NCBI GenBank assembly: GCA_031426555.1
Contig: JANPLN010000025.1
Coordinates: 64,001-128,000, forward strand
Direction of reading: 5' to 3'
DNA: 64,000 bases
DNA from: Bdellovibrionales bacterium
GTDB taxonomy: Bacteria; Bdellovibrionota; Bdellovibrionia; Bdellovibrionales; JAGQZY01
A program made the position numbers and the translations under genes. Shown here one piece after another: positions 57,776 through 64,000 of the stretch. Within the stretch, counting starts at the first letter, position 1; every line of letters begins with the position of its first letter. Under the pieces are notes generated by a model, which was given only the letters and a program-made list of their open reading frames with translations, was not told the origin of the DNA and ran no database searches.

Positions 57776-59125
57776 ATGGTGAAATTTTTCACTTTATTGG
57801 CAATAATGTTCTCGAGCATTGAAAGCGCGAGCGCTGAGGGCTCGATGATTCGCTTGCAAACGGGTCAATCTCAGCAGAGTTACGAAAGCGAGCACCACGT
57901 AAAACTTAAAATGGTCTCTCAATATCTTCGACTTTACGAAGTTCTTAACGACACAGTTTTTTTCAACATCGACACGCCACCCTTTCGGCGTCAGTCCATC
58001 AAGCCGACACGCTTAGCGAATGTCATTCCGAACCACCCTGTTCAGATGCGTTCCAACGCTGCCATCGACGTGTTATCAATTACTCCGTTATCTACAGATC
58101 CGCTTCTCCCCCAACAGTGGAATTGGACCCTCGATAAAGACTCTGTCGGAATCAACATTGCCAAAAGCTGGCAACAGTTTGGTACCGGTGGAAAAAACGC
58201 ACTCAAACAAGATATCGTGGTTGCCATCGTGGATGGGGGCTTTGACTTCCGTCACCCCGATTTGTCATTCAATCGCTGGCGAAACTGGAGCGAAGTTGCC
58301 GGCAACGGCATCGACGACGACGGTAACGAGATCGAAAGCGCTGATCACGGCACTCACGTTGCGGGCCTCATCGGTGCCCGCGGCAATAACAATCGCGGCA
58401 TCGCAGGTGTGAACTGGCGCGTGAAAATTATGTATGTGTCCATGGGCCAGGCTCTGGCCGACACCGCGTCCACCATGCGCGCGTACTCGTATATTTTAAA
58501 ACAAAAGGAGCTGTGGCTGGCCACAAACGGTAAAAAAGGCGCCAACGTGGTCGCCATCAATTCGAGCTTCGGCATTGATGCCGAAAAATGCTCAAACAGC
58601 GATTTTGTAATTTGGAACGAAATGTTTAACAGCCTGGGGGAAAAAGGAATTCTTTCGGTGGCTGCCACGTCCAATTGGAACATCGATGTGGACACCTTTG
58701 GCGATATTCCAACAAGCTGTGAGAGCCCGTTTTTGATTTCCGTTACAAATAGCACCCGCAGCGGCCTAAAAAGCGATGCAGGCTTTGGCACCACCGCCAT
58801 CGATCTTGCCGCTCCCGGCGAAGAAATCCTCTCCACTGGCGAGCGACAATTTAGCGGTGATCCCTCACCCTACTCCGCGCAAACAGGAACTTCGTTTTCG
58901 ACTCCGCAAGTTGCAGGCGCTGTGAGCTATCTTCACAGCGTGATGGCAGTCGAGCGTTTGTCGCAAAAGCCCTCCGACTTGGCTCTTGAGATTAAAGACG
59001 CTTTGCTGCGCACAGTAACGCCCACTATGGATCTTAAAAACTTCACGCAATCTGGTGGAGTCTTAAATGTTCACGCAGCAAGCCTTGTTTTTAAGCAATC
59101 AAACGAGGTTTTAGCGTCTCGTTAG
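57776..59125 (+). CDS. Subtilisin-like (S8) serine protease
   Basis: VAIVDGG, DHGTHVAG, DLAAPG, GTSFSTP; signal peptide. Confidence 0.88.
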   Translation: MVKFFTLLAIMFSSIESASAEGSMIRLQTGQSQQSYESEHHVKLKMVSQYLRLYEVLNDTVFFNIDTPPFRRQSIKPTRLANVIPNHPVQMRSNAAIDVLSITPLSTDPLLPQQWNWTLDKDSVGINIAKSWQQFGTGGKNALKQDIVVAIVDGGFDFRHPDLSFNRWRNWSEVAGNGIDDDGNEIESADHGTHVAGLIGARGNNNRGIAGVNWRVKIMYVSMGQALADTASTMRAYSYILKQKELWLATNGKKGANVVAINSSFGIDAEKCSNSDFVIWNEMFNSLGEKGILSVAATSNWNIDVDTFGDIPTSCESPFLISVTNSTRSGLKSDAGFGTTAIDLAAPGEEILSTGERQFSGDPSPYSAQTGTSFSTPQVAGAVSYLHSVMAVERLSQKPSDLALEIKDALLRTVTPTMDLKNFTQSGGVLNVHAASLVFKQSNEVLASR

Positions 59126-59204
59126 AAGCAGCGCATCCCCCCTAGGTACTTAGTACCTTTTATGGTTATCATCGTCGCTCCCATAGTTTATCAAAGGAGT
59201 GACG

Positions 59205-61217
59205 ATGAAGTTTTTAGTTTTTACGATGCTGCTATTTTCGCAGTGGGTATTTGCAAATGTTGAGACGCCAGAGAAATCTACAGTAACCCGTGACACCCTG
59301 ATGAAGGGTTTAAAAATTCCCGAAAAAAGAGATTATACTCTGAGTAAGAAGATCACTCCTTGCGAAGATTTCCACAAATACGTGTGTTCTGAAGTGGAAG
59401 GCAAGTTTAAACTTCCTGCCGATCGTGAACGCTGGACTTTTTCGTTCACGGATATCGCAGAAAAACTTTTGCACAGTAAAAAACAATTTTTTAAATCCAT
59501 CCAAAACTACACACCGCAAACTGAGCGCGGCCAGCAGTTCAAAGATGTTTACCTTGCGTGCATGAATCAAAAATCTTCGACCAGCGAAGAAAAACAAAAA
59601 ATCATCGACGAAAAAAATCTCATCAGCAAAGTGGCTTCTTGGGATGAACTCTCGAATCTCGCCCAATCTCGCATCGATCAAGGGTTGCCAAGCTTTGTCG
59701 ACTTTTTTGCCGAAGCGAACAAAGAAAACCCATTAAAAAACGATGCGTTTTTGTCGGCAGACATGCGCACTCTCCCCGAGCGCAGCTACTACGAAAACAA
59801 AGCGCTGATGAAAGACTTCGAAAAGCTTCTGGTTGATTTTTTTAAAACCGTAAAAGCCGACAAACCCGAGCAGCGGGCCAAATGGGTCATCGACTTCGAA
59901 ACTCAATTGGCGATGAAGTACCCGCTTCCTAAAGAGATGCGCGAGCGCTTTACGCAAAAACGCGACATCGATAAAAAAGAATTCTTAAAAAAATATCCAA
60001 ACCTCAAAATGGACCGCTTTATTGCGCGGTTACCTGCAAAAACAGTTCTGATTGATCTGGTGCCTGAGTCCAACGATTTTTTTAACACAGCTTTAGCAAC
60101 GATGCCGCTTGAGCAACTCAAAAGCACGTACATGTTCCACAGCATCTCGGGCTACCTGGACGACTCGAGCCCGACCTTTTTTAACAAGTACTTTAAATTC
60201 CGCCACAAATACCTGGGTGGACCTGCTCAACGCTCGCCGCGCGACGAACGCTGTACAAAACTTGTCATGAGCAACTTTGGAATGGAATTGGATTACGAAT
60301 TAATTAATATTCTTTTTCCAAATTTTCCGCAGGAGCGTATGATCACCGTTGGCGAAAGTGTTCGCAAATCCATCATTGCCGGCCTCGAAAAAAACACCTG
60401 GCTTGAAAGATCCACTCGCAAAGAGGCGATCAAAAAAATTGAAAAAGCAAAACTCTATCTTGTTAAACCGCAAACCGACAAAGATTGGGATTTTGTCCCG
60501 ATGCAAAAGTACGCGACCAACGCTCCTTATAGCAACATGGAGCTGTACCGCAAAACGCGTGTCGAGAAGCAACTTAAAGAGCTTTCTGAAGAACGCAATC
60601 CAAGCCGCTGGGAGTACATGTCTCCCCTGGTTGTAAACGCTTACTACAATCCACCGGATAACAAGTTCGTGCTTCCGCAGGGAATTTTGCAATTTCCATT
60701 TTTCGATCCCGGCGTGACTGATATCGAAAACATTGCCGCCATCGGTGCAGTTGTTGGCCACGAGTTAGGTCACGGTGTTGACGACCAAGGTTCGCAGTAC
60801 GATTACCAAGGCAAAGTGCGAAAGTGGTTTACTGATAAAGACCTCGAATCTTTCAAAGCCCGCGGCGCAAAATTTGTGGCACAGTTTGATAAAATCGGCC
60901 ACGACGGAAAGCTCACCCTTGGCGAAAACATCGGCGACCACGTGGGCCTGACCTTTGCTTACAATGCGGCCTTCCCCGATGCTCCGAAAGCTACCGTCGA
61001 CGACAAACAGAAGTTTTTTGTCGCCTACGCGCGCATGTGGTGCAACGTTGCTACGCCTTCGTATATCACTCGTCAGCTAAAAACCGATCCGCACTCTTTG
61101 GGCAAAGAGCGTATTAACCAGCAAGTGATCCATATCGATGGTTTTTACGAGGCTTATAATTGCAAAAAAGGCGACAAGATGTTTGTCGATTCCGGCGATC
61201 GCATTCGTATTTGGTAA
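59205..61217 (+). CDS. M13 (neprilysin/PepO) metallopeptidase
   Basis: PCEDFHKYVC, VNAYY, GHELGHG, GENIGD, DPHS. Confidence 0.95.
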   Translation: MKFLVFTMLLFSQWVFANVETPEKSTVTRDTLMKGLKIPEKRDYTLSKKITPCEDFHKYVCSEVEGKFKLPADRERWTFSFTDIAEKLLHSKKQFFKSIQNYTPQTERGQQFKDVYLACMNQKSSTSEEKQKIIDEKNLISKVASWDELSNLAQSRIDQGLPSFVDFFAEANKENPLKNDAFLSADMRTLPERSYYENKALMKDFEKLLVDFFKTVKADKPEQRAKWVIDFETQLAMKYPLPKEMRERFTQKRDIDKKEFLKKYPNLKMDRFIARLPAKTVLIDLVPESNDFFNTALATMPLEQLKSTYMFHSISGYLDDSSPTFFNKYFKFRHKYLGGPAQRSPRDERCTKLVMSNFGMELDYELINILFPNFPQERMITVGESVRKSIIAGLEKNTWLERSTRKEAIKKIEKAKLYLVKPQTDKDWDFVPMQKYATNAPYSNMELYRKTRVEKQLKELSEERNPSRWEYMSPLVVNAYYNPPDNKFVLPQGILQFPFFDPGVTDIENIAAIGAVVGHELGHGVDDQGSQYDYQGKVRKWFTDKDLESFKARGAKFVAQFDKIGHDGKLTLGENIGDHVGLTFAYNAAFPDAPKATVDDKQKFFVAYARMWCNVATPSYITRQLKTDPHSLGKERINQQVIHIDGFYEAYNCKKGDKMFVDSGDRIRIW

Positions 61218-61234
61218 AAGTCTAATTCATCAGC

Positions 61235-61256
61235 AGGAGCTTCGATCGAAGCTCCT
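61235..61256. terminator. Perfect palindrome after the M13 gene (hairpin, no U-tract)
   Basis: AGGAGCTTCGATCGAAGCTCCT. Confidence 0.4.
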
Positions 61257-61412
61257 CGTGATTGCAACGCAGGTCGCAATCTTCTCTGGCAACATTCTAA
61301 CCTCAGCATATTTTACATTGTTACAAATGCGGTATTTACCTTTGAAAAGCGCAACCCCATATTGCCATTCTGCATTTCGGGGATTTGGAGAAACGCAAAA
61401 CAAGGGGTTGCT

Positions 61413-63905
61413 ATGCGTGTGTTGGGGTTTTTGGGGATTTTACTTTCTTTTTCATTGGCGTCTGCAAACATCGAACTCGATCTTGGTTTAACTTACAACC
61501 CCGACACGGGACGTGTGCTGGATGCTGAAAGTCGCCCTCTTGACCTTCTTCTCGATCGTGGACTGCGCGCTCAAGATATCAAAATTACAGAAATGGCTGT
61601 TCGCGAAGGAAAGAATCTTCTCCTCATCCACGCTAACTATTCCTTTTTTCTTTTTCAAAAAACAAATGCTGTGATTGGTTGGACGATAGTGGAAACTGCG
61701 AGCAATGAGTTCGCAAAAACGTATCGACAAAACGTTTTTAGCCTAAAAATTAACCACTCTGAAAAGTTCGGGATCTATGTACTGACAAGTCTATCGGGAG
61801 CACCAGGGCAAAGTTCTTCATATTATTTCAACGAAAACCCTTCCTTGAACCCCCAGGATACAGCTCGATTAGAGGACGCCGTTAAAAACTGGCTAGATTT
61901 TCACTTTAACACCACTCCCCTTGATGCCTACTTAAACGACAAAGTAGGCGATCTGGGTTTGCGCACTATCGCTACAAAGATGGAAGACGTTCACAAACCG
62001 ATAGTCAACAACGGCAAACCCCAAATCCCAACAATCCCGGTTATAAACGAGCGCGGTGAGCGTACTGATGGCTGGACACTCGTGGAATCCTTTACGTCTG
62101 ATTATTTAGAGGATGTGAAAAACGAAACCTACGAACAGATTGATGAATTGCGTGTCATCGAAGATCGAATTCTTAAAAACTTTTTAAAAGTCGAAGGTGG
62201 AAGCGTAAAACTTCTAGCCCCAGCTGGAGTTGGAAAATCCGTCCTTATGCGCAGAATTGCTTACCGCCTGCGCGTTGGCGATGTTCCAGAATCTCTTAAA
62301 AAATATAGAGTGCGTTTCTTTTCTGCTGCCTCCCTTGAGGCGGGCTCAAAGTTTGTCGGCACCATCGAAGCGCGAATGAATGCTATGATTGAAGTCTCAA
62401 AACAAGTGCCCTTACTTTGGTTTGTTGATGAGGCCCATAGTCTTGTGGGCGCAGGAATTTCGGAAGGTCGCCCCACAAATATTCTGCAATCGTTAAAGCC
62501 CTCGCTCGCCTCAGGCACCGTGAAGTGGCTAGCTGCTTCTACCCCCAGCGAGTGGGCGGCAGCCTTCGCAACGGATGATGCCATGGATCGACGTTTTGTT
62601 CGCGTGGATCTCACTATACCCGATAAAGAGTTGTTGCTAAAAATTCTCAACAAATGGCTGCTGAAGTACGACAAAGCTCCTCTCGCTGAAGCTCTTCTTG
62701 AGAAAGTTATTTTTTATTCCAACGAGTTTGGAGTTGAAGGAGCTCAACCCTCAAAAGCGACGTTGCTGTTAAATGAAGTTTACGCAAACGCCGATTTTAA
62801 AGATCAAAAATCGCCGATCACGGTGGAGAATATTCAAGAAGCCGCTCAAGAACTCTACAACGTGAATCCTTCGGAAATGGAAGTGGACAAAATCGCCGAA
62901 CGCTTTTCCGTTCTACAAAATAAACTGCAAGAAATTATTGGGCAGGATCCTGCCAAAAGTGCGATCATGGCGCAAACCGTGCAAATCATGGCCGGAATGC
63001 ACGACCGCACAAAGCCGCGCTATCGTTTTATGTTGTCGGGAGACAAAGGCCTTGGAAAAACCGAAATCGTAAAGCTTTTTGCCCAGGCTATGAATCTTCC
63101 AGAGGGTCGCATTGTGATGAGCGAATTTGCATCGCCACACGAAATTGAATCTTTTAAAGCGCGTATCGCACAACTGGTGCGCATCCACCCAATGACCGTG
63201 CTGTCTTTTGATGAGTTCGAAAAAGCGCACCCCAAAGTTCAGCAAGCTCTTTTGGGAATTTTAGAGAGCGAATCCTTCACTTATACACTCCGCGAAGGCG
63301 GCGTGATTCGTTCTGCAACAGTGCAAATAAAAAATACCTCGGTATTTGTACTGACCAATGCCGGCGCCTCCTACCTCGCGTCCCGCCAGCTTGCAGAGCC
63401 AAAAGCGCCAAAGATTGGCTTTGCTCTCCCCGGCGTACAAGCCGAAAAAGCAGACACCCGACCTCCGTTTTATGAATGGGAATTCCGTCGGGCCATCGTC
63501 GCCGACGGAGTCGACTCCTACGTGCTGGATCGCATGGATTCAGTCATTCCATTTTGGTATTTTAGCCCAAAAGAATTTGCGCAGATTGTTTACATGCACA
63601 CACAAAAAATCATCGACGGGATCAACAAAAACTCCGCAACGCAATTTTCCTTCCACAACCTCAATCAGTTCGCCGCGGATTTTACAAGGCGCAATTTTTA
63701 CCCCGAAGCTTCAGCCCGGGATGTTCTGCGCACACTCAATCAATACATTCGCCAAACCCTAGCCTCCATCGCCCTCAACAACCCCGGCGAAAAAGTAAAG
63801 CTCGGCTGGCACGAAGGAAACCTGTACCTGATGGACGAAGCTCAAGTCGCCGAAAACGAACCCACAGCACCACCGCAAACCTTGAGCTGCAAAGAACTGT
63901 TTTAA
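61413..63905 (+). CDS. Clp/Hsp100-like double AAA+ ATPase with N-terminal signal peptide
   Basis: APAGVGKS/FVDEAH, pore loop KFVG, RRF; GDKGLGKT/FDEFEKAHP, LTN; N-terminus MRVLGFLGILLSFSLASA. Confidence 0.85.
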   Translation: MRVLGFLGILLSFSLASANIELDLGLTYNPDTGRVLDAESRPLDLLLDRGLRAQDIKITEMAVREGKNLLLIHANYSFFLFQKTNAVIGWTIVETASNEFAKTYRQNVFSLKINHSEKFGIYVLTSLSGAPGQSSSYYFNENPSLNPQDTARLEDAVKNWLDFHFNTTPLDAYLNDKVGDLGLRTIATKMEDVHKPIVNNGKPQIPTIPVINERGERTDGWTLVESFTSDYLEDVKNETYEQIDELRVIEDRILKNFLKVEGGSVKLLAPAGVGKSVLMRRIAYRLRVGDVPESLKKYRVRFFSAASLEAGSKFVGTIEARMNAMIEVSKQVPLLWFVDEAHSLVGAGISEGRPTNILQSLKPSLASGTVKWLAASTPSEWAAAFATDDAMDRRFVRVDLTIPDKELLLKILNKWLLKYDKAPLAEALLEKVIFYSNEFGVEGAQPSKATLLLNEVYANADFKDQKSPITVENIQEAAQELYNVNPSEMEVDKIAERFSVLQNKLQEIIGQDPAKSAIMAQTVQIMAGMHDRTKPRYRFMLSGDKGLGKTEIVKLFAQAMNLPEGRIVMSEFASPHEIESFKARIAQLVRIHPMTVLSFDEFEKAHPKVQQALLGILESESFTYTLREGGVIRSATVQIKNTSVFVLTNAGASYLASRQLAEPKAPKIGFALPGVQAEKADTRPPFYEWEFRRAIVADGVDSYVLDRMDSVIPFWYFSPKEFAQIVYMHTQKIIDGINKNSATQFSFHNLNQFAADFTRRNFYPEASARDVLRTLNQYIRQTLASIALNNPGEKVKLGWHEGNLYLMDEAQVAENEPTAPPQTLSCKELF

Positions 63906-63951
63906 TGCGCTTTTAAGATTTTAAGAATGTTTGAATTTTTCGAAGGGTATT

Positions 63952-64000
63952 TTTTAAGACACGCCCATCCCTGGGCTCGCTCGCGAAATCAAACATCCTG
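63952..64000 (+). repeat. Related copy of the REP-like core, truncated by window end
   Basis: TTTTAAGACACGCCCATCCCTGGGCTC versus TTTTAGGACACGCTCATCCGTGGCTC at ~12198. Confidence 0.55.

Noticed and set aside
61413..63905. T6SS ClpV or housekeeping ClpA/ClpB
   Set aside because: No Clp N-domain or ClpB middle domain seen, no T6SS genes in the window, and a signal peptide is present.

Overview
A 64-kb chromosomal window that looks like a Bdellovibrionota (predatory) bacterium. This is inferred from an FQNC-type lipoprotein, a mosaic trimeric fibre adhesin, many secreted proteases and several FliA/sigma28-like promoters. Housekeeping genes include an alkB-like dioxygenase, mtnN, arfB, a GT9 heptosyltransferase, waaA, trpS, lemA with two TPM genes, nrdAB, folE2, pdxJ and sufE. 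They are interspersed with envelope and secreted-protein loci. The best candidate for an undescribed system is a visibly AT-richer block at about 50.4-56.0 kb. It holds a PhcB-like (3-hydroxy fatty acid methyl ester synthase-like) SAM methyltransferase tightly linked to a membrane-sensor class III adenylate cyclase, a divergent fatty-acid desaturase and an orphan membrane histidine kinase, with back-to-back sigma28-like promoters. The inference is a lipid quorum-signal circuit wired to cAMP. Other notable items: a signal-peptide-bearing double-AAA+ Clp-like ATPase; an MMPL-LolA-like fusion locus; a heme-plugged beta-barrel/YceI/cytochrome cluster; a divergent ecotin-like protein; a candidate anti-SD small RNA; and a REP/MITE-like inverted-repeat family. 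No rRNA, tRNA, CRISPR array or transposase was recognised. Family assignments come from motif recognition only; no searches were run.
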